Shown: in pieces, positions 1 to 10,281 of the stretch
Numbering within the stretch: the first letter of the stretch is position 1
Layout: each line of letters starts with the position of its first letter
IMG/VR virus record: IMGVR_UViG_3300028805_000074
Span: 58,575 to 122,574 of that record
Source of the DNA: a virus
Lineage: Duplodnaviria > Caudoviricetes
Strand: one strand, 5' to 3'
DNA length: 64,000 nucleotides
Translations under genes and position numbers: made by a program
Notes under the pieces: model-generated
The model's input: only the letters and a program-made list of their open reading frames with translations
Database searches by the model: none
What the model was told of the DNA's origin: nothing

Positions 1-38
1 GTTCGAGTACCAGAAGGCGGACAAGAAGGAGGCTGGCG

Positions 39-347
39 ATGGCGAGTAGGGTGCCCACGTTCAAGGAGTTCTGGGCGGCGTACCCGCTGCACAAGGACCG
101 GCTGAGGGCGGAGAAGGCGTGGCTGCGGATGACGGCTGCCGACAAGGCGGCTGCCATCGCGGCCCTGCCCGCCTACACCGCCGACTGCCGCCAGCGCGGC
201 GTGGCATTCCAGTACGCACAGGGCTGGCTCAACGGCCGCCGGTGGGAGGATGAGATAGAGGAGCCGCAGACGGAAACTCCGCAGACGGAAACTCCACCGC
301 CAGCCGACACCGCCGCCCCCTCGCTTGCGGACATGGAGACGTGGTGA
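39..347 (+). CDS. Protein resembling the C-terminal domain of phage replication-initiator proteins
   Basis: FxEFWxxYP...KAW...QGWLNGRRWEDE pattern typical of phage replisome-organiser C-termini. Confidence 0.5.
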   Translation: MASRVPTFKEFWAAYPLHKDRLRAEKAWLRMTAADKAAAIAALPAYTADCRQRGVAFQYAQGWLNGRRWEDEIEEPQTETPQTETPPPADTAAPSLADMETW

Positions 348-381
348 CACAGAGTATTAACAATTAAACGAAACAGAGATT

Positions 382-903
382 ATGGACAAACTGACACCAA
401 CAAGAGAAGAGATGCTCGACTTCGCAAAGATGGCGACTTTCCATCTCGACGACCGCCTCTGCCCGTTCAGCCGCGAAGACTTGCGGGCGGAATCGTGGCT
501 AAACGGCTACTACTTTGCCAAGCGGCATCAGAAACCTGCCGAGGAAGAAGAGCAGAACCGGGCTCTCATGCCTGCCGACGTGGAGCATCTGGGCAAGCCG
601 GTGCCCGAAGAGGAGCAACAGGGACTGGACGGATTCCAGCAGCACGTCGACCATATCATCAACCCCGAGAAGCGCGAGGCCATCGGCTTCTGCAACGTAT
701 GCGACGGCCTGCTGTTCCAGGCCCGCAAGGTGCTGCAAATGGACGAGCAGCAGGAGCAGGCGTACGAGAAGGGCTACGACGAAGCCAGCAGGAAGCTGAT
801 AGCCAAGGCTGAGAGCATCATAAGCGAGGCTCCGGAGGGACTGCTGTCTGAGGACTACATGCTGGGGATGAAGGAACTGTTGGAGAAAATTAAGGAGGAC
901 TGA
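382..903 (+). CDS. Hypothetical protein
   Basis: ORF with A-rich Bacteroidetes-type start context, co-oriented with neighbours. Confidence 0.7.
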   Translation: MDKLTPTREEMLDFAKMATFHLDDRLCPFSREDLRAESWLNGYYFAKRHQKPAEEEEQNRALMPADVEHLGKPVPEEEQQGLDGFQQHVDHIINPEKREAIGFCNVCDGLLFQARKVLQMDEQQEQAYEKGYDEASRKLIAKAESIISEAPEGLLSEDYMLGMKELLEKIKED

Positions 904-905
904 CT

Positions 906-1076
906 ATGAGAGTAAGAGTAAGAATTGACGGCTACATCAACGTCGATGACGAAAACGTAACCGAGCAGGAAGTTGAAGAGGCAGTTTATTTCAGCCTCGG
1001 AATGGGAAGCATGAGCTTAGACAATCCTGTTGGCGACCCGGACTGGGACGAAGCAGATGTCGAAGTGGATTTGTAA
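906..1076 (+). CDS. Small acidic hypothetical protein (56 aa, MRVRVRIDGY...)
   Basis: Read by hand; fills the gap between adjacent genes. Confidence 0.6.
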   Translation: MRVRVRIDGYINVDDENVTEQEVEEAVYFSLGMGSMSLDNPVGDPDWDEADVEVDL

Positions 1077-1093
1077 CAAGCATTAAACGAATT

Positions 1094-1996
1094 ATGAAGA
1101 AAGAAGAACTATCAATCGGCGATTGGGTATGGAACGAGTTCAACCATCAGCCGGAGCAGGTGGTGGAACTGAGGGAGCGGCAGGTGATGCTGGCCTACAA
1201 CGACCTGTACGACTACGACGACATCAAGCCGCTGACGCCGACGGACTACATGATGCGACGCAACGGATTCACGGAGGACGGAGCACTGCGTCACTGGTGG
1301 CGCAAGTACGAGGGTGAGCGTAAAATCAGCGTCTATCTGCACGAGGTAATGGGACGCTTCTTCACCTACGACTACTGGATTGACCAGCCCTTCGACATGA
1401 CACGGCAGACCCTTTTCAGCAGCTCGATAAGGGAAATGGGCGACCTGTTCGTCTGCAAGAAGCAGGCACGCAGCCTGACGGCAGGCTGTGCCGACGGCAT
1501 CCACCTGCTACAGCACGCGATGAACAGTGCGGGCATCGACTTCGAGTGGGACATGACGCCGGAGCCGAAGCCGGAGAAACAAGAGGAGATAAGCCCCGGC
1601 CAGTACGAGTGGATACTCGACATCAACACGGCGGCACACATGGCATGGCGCGGACTGCCGCTATATACTGCCGACAAGCGCCGCCCCATCGACGAGTGCC
1701 CGACCATCGACACAAGCATGGTGCATTGGGTGAAGCAGAGCGACGGCACCTATCTGACGTGGTCGGCACAGCGGCTGATAGACATGCTGCCCGAGCGGCT
1801 GAACTACTATCTGGAGAACGACCTCCGCCTGCAGCACTACCGCCACGGCGACGTGTATGTGGTGAAGTACGAGAGCGACACCCAGATACTGGAGTGCCGC
1901 TCGTCGAACCTGCTCGATGCGCTCCGCAAGATGTACGACCGCCTGCTGCCCGACAGCCACCTGAAATCGCAGATCGACTTCAAGCGGTGGCAGTGA
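1094..1996 (+). CDS. Hypothetical phage protein
   Basis: 300-aa ORF, ACGAATTATG start context. Confidence 0.75.
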   Translation: MKKEELSIGDWVWNEFNHQPEQVVELRERQVMLAYNDLYDYDDIKPLTPTDYMMRRNGFTEDGALRHWWRKYEGERKISVYLHEVMGRFFTYDYWIDQPFDMTRQTLFSSSIREMGDLFVCKKQARSLTAGCADGIHLLQHAMNSAGIDFEWDMTPEPKPEKQEEISPGQYEWILDINTAAHMAWRGLPLYTADKRRPIDECPTIDTSMVHWVKQSDGTYLTWSAQRLIDMLPERLNYYLENDLRLQHYRHGDVYVVKYESDTQILECRSSNLLDALRKMYDRLLPDSHLKSQIDFKRWQ

Positions 1997-2067
1997 GCCT
2001 TGATGCCCTCGCATACCGCGCACACATTATATATATTATACAGCAAACCCACTAAACGAAAGAGATT

Positions 2068-2571
2068 ATGAAGAAGAAGCATAAAGACCTGCAGCCGTGG
2101 CTGGACTATTTCGCCATGCTGCGGCGGCACGAGGAGCAGGGGTTCCTGCACGTGAAGGCGCAGGAGCACGAGGCCTACGTGACGCTGCCGGCACTGCTGG
2201 TGCTGGCTGGCATGGACGAGACGGAGGTAAGGCAGGGTGACATCATGCGCGACGGAATGCGGATGATGCGCCGCTGCACCGCACTGGTGCGCCACCTGCG
2301 CACCTACGCCGCCTACCTCGCGGCCCACGCCAAGGGCCTCTCGACATTCGACCCCAAAGTGGCCTACGACCCCACGCAGCCCCTGCCAAAGATTCCTGTC
2401 GGGCCACTGACGGACTACCTGCGCCAGCCCTTCGCCTTGAACGTCGTGCAGCCCGACGAGCCGCACGACCCGCTCTTTACCCTGCTCATCGAGACCCGCC
2501 GCCCCTGGTGGCGCCTCTGGATGCCGCACGACCACATCGAAGTAATCACGTATCAGGAGGAGAGAGTATGA
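2068..2571 (+). CDS. Hypothetical protein
   Basis: ORF; stop overlaps the next start (ATGA). Confidence 0.7.
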   Translation: MKKKHKDLQPWLDYFAMLRRHEEQGFLHVKAQEHEAYVTLPALLVLAGMDETEVRQGDIMRDGMRMMRRCTALVRHLRTYAAYLAAHAKGLSTFDPKVAYDPTQPLPKIPVGPLTDYLRQPFALNVVQPDEPHDPLFTLLIETRRPWWRLWMPHDHIEVITYQEERV

Positions 2572-3173
2572 GCAAGACCAATTCGCTGCACTACGACCTG
2601 TGCGTGGAGGGAGCCAAGTGGCTGCGCCGTCGGCAGGACTTCAACCGGTGTCGGAAGAAGGGGAAGCCGTGCTTCAACCTCGATCTGTGCCGTGGCTGTC
2701 GGCTGGCGTTCAAGTACGTTGCCGTGGAGCTATGCACCTATGGGACGGAGAACTGTGACGTGTGGGGCTACGACGGCTACTCGACCGCCGTCATCGAGGT
2801 CAAGGTGAGCCACGCCGACTTCATGGCCGACCAGAAGAAATGGTGGCGCAGGGACGCTCCCGACGATATGCGGGCGGGCAACCTGCGCTGGTATCTTTGT
2901 CCCGACGGCATCATCAAGCCAAACGAACTGCCCGACGGCTGGGGGCTGCTCTACTGGGACGGACGGCAGATTGTTCCGCAGGTGGCGCCGAAGTCGCACA
3001 TGGCGACGGGTCATGCCGACATGAAGATACTCTACTCGATACTGCGCCGCGAGGGTTTCCCGCAGAAGATATTCAACTATCGCGGCCAGCCCTCGACCAT
3101 CCAGCCCAAGACTATCAACGGAGTGCCCGAAAGGGAGTGGTATAAACAACAAGGAAAGGAGGACTGCCTATGA
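2568..3173 (+). CDS. PD-(D/E)XK nuclease-fold protein (MmcB-like)
   Basis: E...D...IEVKVSHADFMADQKK motif; ATGA overlaps at both ends. Confidence 0.55.
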   Translation: MSKTNSLHYDLCVEGAKWLRRRQDFNRCRKKGKPCFNLDLCRGCRLAFKYVAVELCTYGTENCDVWGYDGYSTAVIEVKVSHADFMADQKKWWRRDAPDDMRAGNLRWYLCPDGIIKPNELPDGWGLLYWDGRQIVPQVAPKSHMATGHADMKILYSILRREGFPQKIFNYRGQPSTIQPKTINGVPEREWYKQQGKEDCL

Positions 3174-3658
3174 CCGACTACAATCACAATGCCCGTTTCT
3201 CTCACCCTGCTATCAAGCCCGACGGCGAGGCGGAGGCACCGCTGACGCGGCCGACGAACCGCGACCCGGAGAACGAGAACATCATCGTCACGGGGCCGTT
3301 CTACCGGGTGATGAAGAACATGGACCGCGTGCCGCTCCGTGACTACATGGACCACGGCTACGAGACCCGACAGGATTTCTGCGACGCCGTGCGCGAACTC
3401 ATCAGCCGCTGGGGCGGGCGCGAGGGCGAGTGCTTCGAGGAGCGGGCGTGGCACGGCAAAGAAGGCGAGGCAATCGACCAGCGCCACCGCGCCCTGCACC
3501 TGCGCTTCCACGACACGCCCGGCGGACTGCCCGACGAGGCGTGGCTGCCCCTGTATCTGCTGGAGCCAATCCCCACGCCGCCCGGGCTCATACCCCACGA
3601 GCCGACCGAAGAGGAACTCCTGCAGCAGGAAATCGACGAGGCGCTGGGGTTCGACTGA
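3170..3658 (+). CDS. Hypothetical protein
   Basis: ORF translationally coupled to the upstream gene. Confidence 0.65.
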   Translation: MTDYNHNARFSHPAIKPDGEAEAPLTRPTNRDPENENIIVTGPFYRVMKNMDRVPLRDYMDHGYETRQDFCDAVRELISRWGGREGECFEERAWHGKEGEAIDQRHRALHLRFHDTPGGLPDEAWLPLYLLEPIPTPPGLIPHEPTEEELLQQEIDEALGFD

Positions 3659-3806
3659 CACGATGCCCTTGGCTAAAGCCGAGCGCAGGCTGCGGTTCAG
3701 TATAGGGCGCTCATGCCTGGCATGGCGACACTCTGCGTTCACCTCGCGCTGCCCTTGATTTCGAGAACGCCGCAATGTATTATGGGGTAAATAAATATTA
3801 TCCCGT

Positions 3807-6593
3807 ATGGAACATTTAGCACTTGAAATCTTCGACCTCGCCGACGGCAAGACCAGCATCACGGCGCTGGGCTCACAGTATGCCAACCTGCCGGAGGATG
3901 CGAGCATCAGCATCACCGACACCAGCGAGATCTTCGACAGCGGCGACGTGTGGAGCCATTCGTTCACGCTGAACATCCCTGCCAACCTGCACATCTTCGG
4001 AACCAGCGGCGACATCCACGGCTCGCGGCTGCACGACCAGATAGACAAGCGCCGGGCCCGGCTCTGGGTGGAGGGCTTGCCCCTCTACCTGGGCTACCTG
4101 CGCCTGAGCGACGAGGTGGAGGTGGACGAGGACGGCAACGTCGACGTCACATTCGAGAGCGGCCAGCACACCTTCGACGAGATGATCGACGGGGCCAAGG
4201 CCAACCAGGTGCCGATGATGTCGGACGTACAGATAGGCATGGCCCTCTGGCGCAAGCGGTGGACGAAGTTCAGGGTGAAGCTGATGGCGTCGCTGACGCT
4301 TAAAGACAAAAAGACCCTGAAGGGAAACGTAACCCGTGCGAACGGCGAGGAGTGGTTCGACTTTGAATACAACGGCGAGGACGAGGGCAACTCCGTGCAG
4401 CAGTACCCCCGCATGGTGTTCCCTAACGGCACGTTCACCGACTACGCCCATGAGAACCCCGACGAGGACTCCGACTACATCAACACCGACAACCCCTACG
4501 ACGAAGCCCACCCCTACTGCAATGTTCCGCTCTGCTACCAGAAGTACGGCTACGACAAGAAGGACAAAGACGGGGTGGTGACAACCGACTACAGCGGCGA
4601 GCCGGAGGCCCAGCGCGGCTACGAGTACATGCCAGCGAACCGTGTGAACTCAGCACCCAATTTTTTTGTCATCTACTGGATCCGCGCCCTGATGAAGCAC
4701 CTCGGCATCTACATTGAGGAGAACCAGATGATGGACGTGGCGGACCTGCGGCGGTTGTTTTTCGTAAACACCAACTGTGCCTACGAAGAACCGACCAACC
4801 TGAAAGGCGCCAACCGCTCGCGCTACGGCAAGTATTTCCAGTACGCCTGGCAAGGCAGGCTCATACCTGAATACATCAACTCCAAACAGAACGTCAAGAT
4901 AGATGAAAGCGGCTTCGTTGGTACTAACGTAAAAATACTGGTCGGAAATATAGGCACCGAAGATATTACCAACAAAGTGTCGGTAAAAATCCGCGAGGTG
5001 GAGGAATGGAGCGACAACGACAAGAGCAAATACAAGTCGCACAACAGCTTCTTTCATAAGGCCTTCGCCACGAGCAAATGTTTCCCCGACGCGGACATCA
5101 GCGATGTAATCAGTGCCCTGGAGAGCGGTTTCGGCATCCGCCTGCTGTTCAGCGACGACTACCAGCGCGTACGCATCGTGCTGCTCAGGAACATCCTCCG
5201 CAGCCAAGAGGTACAGGCCATCAAGTGCGACATCATCGGCGAGCCCACGAAGACCGAGAACAATATCCGTGGATTCCGCATGACCTACGGCGACTCGGAC
5301 GACACGCACTTCTACTACAAGGGATTCGCCGACATGCTGCCACACAAGAAGGAGCTGTGGGTGGACAACAGCGACACACACGACTACTCGCACTGGGACC
5401 TGAACGCCGACTACGCCAAGCTCATCAACAAGGTGTCGGCCTTCGACAAGACTTGCTATGTGACACCAAATACGGGAAACGCCTATATCATCAAGGTTGA
5501 CAAGGAAGCTAAGCGATACGACGACCTCCATCCGTCGCTTTTCGGTTGTGCCGACTTTATGGACGCAGAGGACGGCGACTGCACGGGCGAAGAAGAGACT
5601 ATCGAGACTATCAACGTGGGCTTCAAGCCCGCCATCATGAACGACCTGAATATGGAGGCCGAGCGCGGCGACGGCAACAACCCGCCCGTGGACCGCCAGC
5701 GGTTCGCACTGTTCGTCGACAAGGCCATGCGGCCACGGAGGGTTGACCTGCAGGACGGCCAGGACTACAACGACCCCGACGCCATCTACGACACCGACAA
5801 GCTCTACAGTGAGGAATCGCCCGCCAAAGGAATGAAGGCAGAAGATGGCATCATCATGCCCGGCTCGTTTGCCATTACATCCGATATGTACGCCAGCGGC
5901 AGTGGGGCACATGCTACACTCGTCGGGCTGTTTAGTCTTGCCACCATCTCCTTCGACTTCGACGGACACATCAACGAGGGCTACAGGCTGTACTTACAGG
6001 ACAACTACGAGCCCAACGACGAGGGCGTGTCGCCCGTGGAGACCAAAGAATGGGGACTGACGCTCGGCATCATGCGCGGCTCGGGCAGCGACGCGGGCGT
6101 GCAGTACTCGGCAGACCCCGACGACGGCGAGGGCAACGACACATGGGACATCATGGCCGGCAGCCAAGTGACCAGCCACCCCGACACCTGCGACAACTAC
6201 GGACGGATATTCGACTACACCGCCGACGGGCAGGAGGACGAGCAGGATGTCACGGGGCGCTTCTCGCTGAAGCTCCGTGCCGAGAAACTGAATCCCTACT
6301 TCGACCCGACAAAGGAGGAGAGCGACACCAACCGCCGTTACCTGGAAATCACCGAAGAGAAGCTGCGCAGGCGCGGACTGTGCGACCAGTTCTACAAGGA
6401 ATACTCAAAGTTCATCCGCGAGGCCCGCATCGCCAACATCCCCGTCCGCATGGAGCTGGCACAGCTGCTGGCCATCGACAAGACGAAGCAGGCAACCGTC
6501 GGCGATATCACGGGCTTCATCCGCAAGATGCAGTTCACCGTCAGCAACAAGACGGGGCTTGGCAACGTAAAGATGGAGATGATGTACATCTGA
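3807..6593 (+). CDS. Large virion structural protein, probably tail/baseplate
   Basis: 928 aa; N-terminus (SISITDTSEIF...WSHSFTLNIPANLHIFG) resembles Bacteroidales phage tail proteins. Confidence 0.55.
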   Translation: MEHLALEIFDLADGKTSITALGSQYANLPEDASISITDTSEIFDSGDVWSHSFTLNIPANLHIFGTSGDIHGSRLHDQIDKRRARLWVEGLPLYLGYLRLSDEVEVDEDGNVDVTFESGQHTFDEMIDGAKANQVPMMSDVQIGMALWRKRWTKFRVKLMASLTLKDKKTLKGNVTRANGEEWFDFEYNGEDEGNSVQQYPRMVFPNGTFTDYAHENPDEDSDYINTDNPYDEAHPYCNVPLCYQKYGYDKKDKDGVVTTDYSGEPEAQRGYEYMPANRVNSAPNFFVIYWIRALMKHLGIYIEENQMMDVADLRRLFFVNTNCAYEEPTNLKGANRSRYGKYFQYAWQGRLIPEYINSKQNVKIDESGFVGTNVKILVGNIGTEDITNKVSVKIREVEEWSDNDKSKYKSHNSFFHKAFATSKCFPDADISDVISALESGFGIRLLFSDDYQRVRIVLLRNILRSQEVQAIKCDIIGEPTKTENNIRGFRMTYGDSDDTHFYYKGFADMLPHKKELWVDNSDTHDYSHWDLNADYAKLINKVSAFDKTCYVTPNTGNAYIIKVDKEAKRYDDLHPSLFGCADFMDAEDGDCTGEEETIETINVGFKPAIMNDLNMEAERGDGNNPPVDRQRFALFVDKAMRPRRVDLQDGQDYNDPDAIYDTDKLYSEESPAKGMKAEDGIIMPGSFAITSDMYASGSGAHATLVGLFSLATISFDFDGHINEGYRLYLQDNYEPNDEGVSPVETKEWGLTLGIMRGSGSDAGVQYSADPDDGEGNDTWDIMAGSQVTSHPDTCDNYGRIFDYTADGQEDEQDVTGRFSLKLRAEKLNPYFDPTKEESDTNRRYLEITEEKLRRRGLCDQFYKEYSKFIREARIANIPVRMELAQLLAIDKTKQATVGDITGFIRKMQFTVSNKTGLGNVKMEMMYI

Positions 6594-6628
6594 CATTGAA
6601 CATTGAAGATTGAACATTGAACATTGAA
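6592..6628. repeat. Heptamer tandem repeat (ACATTGA)n
   Basis: gacattgaacattgaagattgaacattgaacattgaa. Confidence 0.8.
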
Positions 6629-6640
6629 AACAGAAAAGCT

Positions 6641-7702
6641 ATGGCAGTTAGGATATCAGGAATGTTCGGCAGCGGACACACTTATTTTGCAGGATCGCCT
6701 GTCGTGATCAACATCGACGGACTGGAGTGGCCGGGCAATTCGCCGTTCAACATCGTCCGCGTGTACGTGTATTACAACAGTAAGAAGGTTGGCGAGTTCA
6801 AGGCCGACACGGGCGGACAGAGCAGCATCTCGTTCGACATATCGTCGGCGCTCCGTGCCATCTGGGCCGACTACGACTTCTCGTCAGAGGTGAGTGCGGC
6901 TGAAGACCACAGCACGTCCAGCCGATCCTACCGCAGCTACTCGCTCGAAGTGCTGACGGAGTATATCGACAGCCAGGACGGCGAGTTCACGCAGACCAGA
7001 AGCGGCATCTTCAGCGGCGGGCAGTGCGCCTTCGGCAGCTACACCGAGTGGGAGCGGTCGCTGGCAGGCAGCAGTGCCGATGCAGACGTGCAGTATCACG
7101 ACGGAGAGAACCGGCGCAACGGCGACGCCAGCACGAAGCCTACCAGCACACCAGAGCGCGTAGGCCGCAGCAGCATCACCTCGTGGGTCGATGTCAGCAA
7201 CGCCGGTACCACCTGCCGTTACTACGCCGCCAGCGCCACGCCGTCGGGCGACAGCGCCTCGGCCCATCCCCCGCTGGTACTGCGCGACGATCAGGAGTAC
7301 GTGGATTTCCTCTTCCTGAACCGGCGTGGAGCCGTCGAGACGTGCAGCGGACTGACGAAGGAGGCGATGAATATCGCTGTGGACGTAAAGCAGTTCGCCT
7401 ATGTGGAGCGGCCGTCGTTCCGCCCGTCGCGCTCGCTGATGGCTCTCGGCACCGACGGTCGCCGATCGTGGCAGATGTCGAGCGGTTACGTCACTCGCGA
7501 GTGGGCTGACTGGTGGACCATGGAGTTCCTCGGCGGCAAGAAGAAACTATGGTGGATGAAGTACAAAGGCCCCGGCCAGTCAGCCGCCGCCTACGTGCCC
7601 GTCATCATAGAGCCGTCGAAGAAGAGCGTCGGCATCTACGACAAGAACAAGCAGCAGCTGCCGCACGTGGACTTCACCGTCACGCTGGCACTCGAAGGAT
7701 AA
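6641..7702 (+). CDS. Putative virion structural (tail-associated) protein
   Basis: Follows the large structural gene; C-terminal FLFLNRRGAVET...SSGY pattern as in Bacteroidales phage tail proteins; start moved to ATG 6641. Confidence 0.5.
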   Translation: MAVRISGMFGSGHTYFAGSPVVINIDGLEWPGNSPFNIVRVYVYYNSKKVGEFKADTGGQSSISFDISSALRAIWADYDFSSEVSAAEDHSTSSRSYRSYSLEVLTEYIDSQDGEFTQTRSGIFSGGQCAFGSYTEWERSLAGSSADADVQYHDGENRRNGDASTKPTSTPERVGRSSITSWVDVSNAGTTCRYYAASATPSGDSASAHPPLVLRDDQEYVDFLFLNRRGAVETCSGLTKEAMNIAVDVKQFAYVERPSFRPSRSLMALGTDGRRSWQMSSGYVTREWADWWTMEFLGGKKKLWWMKYKGPGQSAAAYVPVIIEPSKKSVGIYDKNKQQLPHVDFTVTLALEG

Positions 7703-7736
7703 TCAATCATGGGATTTAAGCAAGCGAAGAAAAGCG

Positions 7737-7762
7737 GGCCAACGGTGCTTATGCCGTTGGCC
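7737..7762. terminator. Hairpin between convergent genes, probable bidirectional terminator
   Basis: GGCCAACGG-N8-CCGTTGGCC. Confidence 0.65.
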
Positions 7763-7776
7763 AGCTTGGTTTATAA

Positions 7777-8637
7777 TCAGAAGTCAAAGGTGCTCTCGCC
7801 GTCCCAGTCCGAATGCACCACGAAACCAAAGTCGCTCTGGGTGAACACGCCGTCGCCCGGCTCAAAGAACTTTCCGGTGTAGGTCGTGATCCTGTTGCGG
7901 GTCACGGGCACCTCTGGAAACACCCGCTTGCGGATGACCGTCCCATCGGCGTCAAGCCCTGAGACGGTCATCTTCAGTGTGCAGGATGTCGCCATGTAGG
8001 GGAAGGTGTAGGCTTGGTGGATGTTCAGCGAGTTGCGGATCCTGCGCTCCGACTGCGACGACTTGGTGATGCCCTCCAGCGTCGTGGGGTTGAAATTGGC
8101 CGAGCCTCCGGTGTACTCCATCAGGAAGTAGGCGAACGATGACGGCACTTCTGTGTCGGTCAGGCAGAACTGGATCATCGCTCCGGCGCGATACATGGGC
8201 AGCGTCAGCGACTGGCTGTCGCCGCCGATATCTATCGTCGAGCAGTGGCAGAAGGTGTCGGTCAGTTTCTCGCCGTCCGAGGCGGTGAACTGCACGGCCT
8301 CGGGGCTCTTGATGGTGGCGCTCTTCGTCGAGGAATGACCCACGGCGACGATGGTGTACCGCCCCGGTGTGAGTTTCAGCGAGAGGGTGCCGAAGTCCTC
8401 GTCGTCGGCGGTCTGGGTCTTCACCTTGTCGAACACCTTCGCGCCGTCGCTGTCGAACATCTGCACGTTTAGTTTCGTAAACTGCGTCGGTGCCGAGCCC
8501 CGTGTCAGGTCGCGGCCAGTCGGCTGGAAGGTCAGTGTCACGTTGCCTGCAGGCTCGTCGTTGTTCTCACTGCCGATCATCGGCTTCTCGCAGGCGGCCA
8601 TGACCAGCCCTGCCAAAAGAATCATCATCTTCTTCAT
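7777..8637 (-). CDS. FimB/Mfa2-like (type V pilin-like) lipoprotein
   Basis: Lipobox VMAAC, TR processing-like site, YTIVAVGH, C-terminal VPVTRNRITTYTGKFF. Confidence 0.65.
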   Translation of the reverse strand: MKKMMILLAGLVMAACEKPMIGSENNDEPAGNVTLTFQPTGRDLTRGSAPTQFTKLNVQMFDSDGAKVFDKVKTQTADDEDFGTLSLKLTPGRYTIVAVGHSSTKSATIKSPEAVQFTASDGEKLTDTFCHCSTIDIGGDSQSLTLPMYRAGAMIQFCLTDTEVPSSFAYFLMEYTGGSANFNPTTLEGITKSSQSERRIRNSLNIHQAYTFPYMATSCTLKMTVSGLDADGTVIRKRVFPEVPVTRNRITTYTGKFFEPGDGVFTQSDFGFVVHSDWDGESTFDF

Positions 8638-8649
8638 AGTCGTATGGAG

Positions 8650-9513
8650 TTAAAAATTCGTTACGTCGTACTCCTGCCAGGTACTCTCCACGGTGAAGGC
8701 TGCCGAGGTGTTGCGGTTGGTGAAGAACTCGCCCCGGTATGTCGTCTTGTAGCCATTGCGCAGGGGCACGTCGGCGAAGGTGCGCTGCTGCTTTACGGTG
8801 CCGTCGGCTGTCTTTGCGGTCACGGTGACGGTATGGCTGGCCGGTGCGTCGGCTGGCGAGATGGCGCTGGCCGAGAACGAGGCCGTTCCGTCGTTGTTAC
8901 GGGTGAAGCCGGAGAATGTCGTGGTGCAGTCGGCGGGCGTCGCTCCGTAGCCTGCCACGTTCCACTGCGAGAGTCCGCCGGCGATGGTGATTTCCATCGT
9001 CGTCACGTCGTCGGGCACGGCGTCGGTGGTCTCCAGGCGGAACATGCCCACGATGCGCGTCATCTCGCACGAGAGGCTGGTGCCGTCGGCTGGCGAGAAG
9101 GTACTGGTGTGCCACATGGCCTGCGCCATCTTGCCGTCGCCGCCGAAGGTAATCAGCCCGTCGGCAAGCGTGCAGGCCGCCGAAGCCTTGTGGCCGACGG
9201 CGTAGAGCGTGTAGGTCTTCGTCTTGTCGAGAGTGACGGCGATGGAGCCGAAGCCAGCGTCGGATGCCGACTGATGGACGGCGGCCACCTCCTGTCCGCC
9301 CTGGATGATCCACACGTCGAGCCGCGTCACCACGTCGGCGATGCTCGTTGCCGCTCGCGTCATGGCCTCCATCCGGTAGGGGCTGAAGGTCAGCGTCACC
9401 TGCGTGGGCTGGGGCTGGCTCTGAGGGGTTTCGTACTCGCCTGCGCCGTCGCCGGAGCAGGCCGTCATTGTCACTGCGGCTGCCATTGCAGCCATGAGAA
9501 TAGTTTTCTTCAT
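8650..9513 (-). CDS. FimB/Mfa2-like (type V pilin-like) lipoprotein, paralog of the adjacent gene
   Basis: Lipobox TMTAC, MTRA, YTLYAVGH, VPLRNGYKTTYRGEFF. Confidence 0.65.
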   Translation of the reverse strand: MKKTILMAAMAAAVTMTACSGDGAGEYETPQSQPQPTQVTLTFSPYRMEAMTRAATSIADVVTRLDVWIIQGGQEVAAVHQSASDAGFGSIAVTLDKTKTYTLYAVGHKASAACTLADGLITFGGDGKMAQAMWHTSTFSPADGTSLSCEMTRIVGMFRLETTDAVPDDVTTMEITIAGGLSQWNVAGYGATPADCTTTFSGFTRNNDGTASFSASAISPADAPASHTVTVTAKTADGTVKQQRTFADVPLRNGYKTTYRGEFFTNRNTSAAFTVESTWQEYDVTNF

Positions 9514-9691
9514 CGTTTTGTTGGGGTTTTAGTTAATACTGTGCACCTTTTTTACGGGCGCTGGTCGATGTCTCTGGAAAGCAGGGAAGTTTGCGTCCGC
9601 TCCCCTGCCCTGGTGAAGAGCGCGGACACCGTCTCGGTTTAGTCTCTCATATATAGTTCAGGTCAACAGCCCCCCGTCTATGGGGGATAAG

Positions 9692-9718
9692 AAAAAGCCG
9701 CCCCATGATGGAGCGGCC
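9692..9718 (-). terminator. Intrinsic terminator ending the leftward accessory cluster
   Basis: GC hairpin (GCCGC...GCGGC) followed by a T-tract on the minus strand. Confidence 0.5.
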
Positions 9719-9762
9719 AGCGTATAGTATATATAAATGTGTGCGGGGCACAAAAGTCGGTA

Positions 9763-10263
9763 TCATTTTCTTGGATAGTGCGGCACCGTCAGGTCAAAAT
9801 CACTTTGTGAGAACCTTGCGCAAATAAAGCGAACAAACCCGTCGCCCTCCGAGAGTGCCTTTGAGATCTTCTTTCCCAGCTTCTGCTGCTTCTTCATGGC
9901 GCTAAGGTGTATCTTGTCGCCCAGGCCCGAACTTTCCTTGTACATCTGCACGTAGAATTTCTCCTGAAGTTCCCCCTTGGCGTTATAGATACCTACCAGC
10001 ACCCTGTATGCCCGGAAACTGCCGTACCACTCGTAGCACACAGACTCCTCGAAAATCCCCTGTGCCGTTATCAGACGGAAGTCTGGGTCCTTCCATCCCC
10101 ATGACACATACGAGCCAACACCCGGCACCTCATACTGGTAAGCCGTATAGGCTTGCTGTCCTTTCAGCTCGTCTGCCTGAAAGTTCGAGTAGGTCCACTT
10201 TCCCTGTGCGCACGCCGTCAGCACCGCCGACAGCACCAGCGCGATTGTCATCAGTCTTTTCAT
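9763..10263 (-). CDS. Secreted protein or lipoprotein
   Basis: Signal peptide MKRLMTIALVLSAVLTAC. Confidence 0.65.
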   Translation of the reverse strand: MKRLMTIALVLSAVLTACAQGKWTYSNFQADELKGQQAYTAYQYEVPGVGSYVSWGWKDPDFRLITAQGIFEESVCYEWYGSFRAYRVLVGIYNAKGELQEKFYVQMYKESSGLGDKIHLSAMKKQQKLGKKISKALSEGDGFVRFICARFSQSDFDLTVPHYPRK

Positions 10264-10281
10264 TGTCGTTATTGTTTTAAG

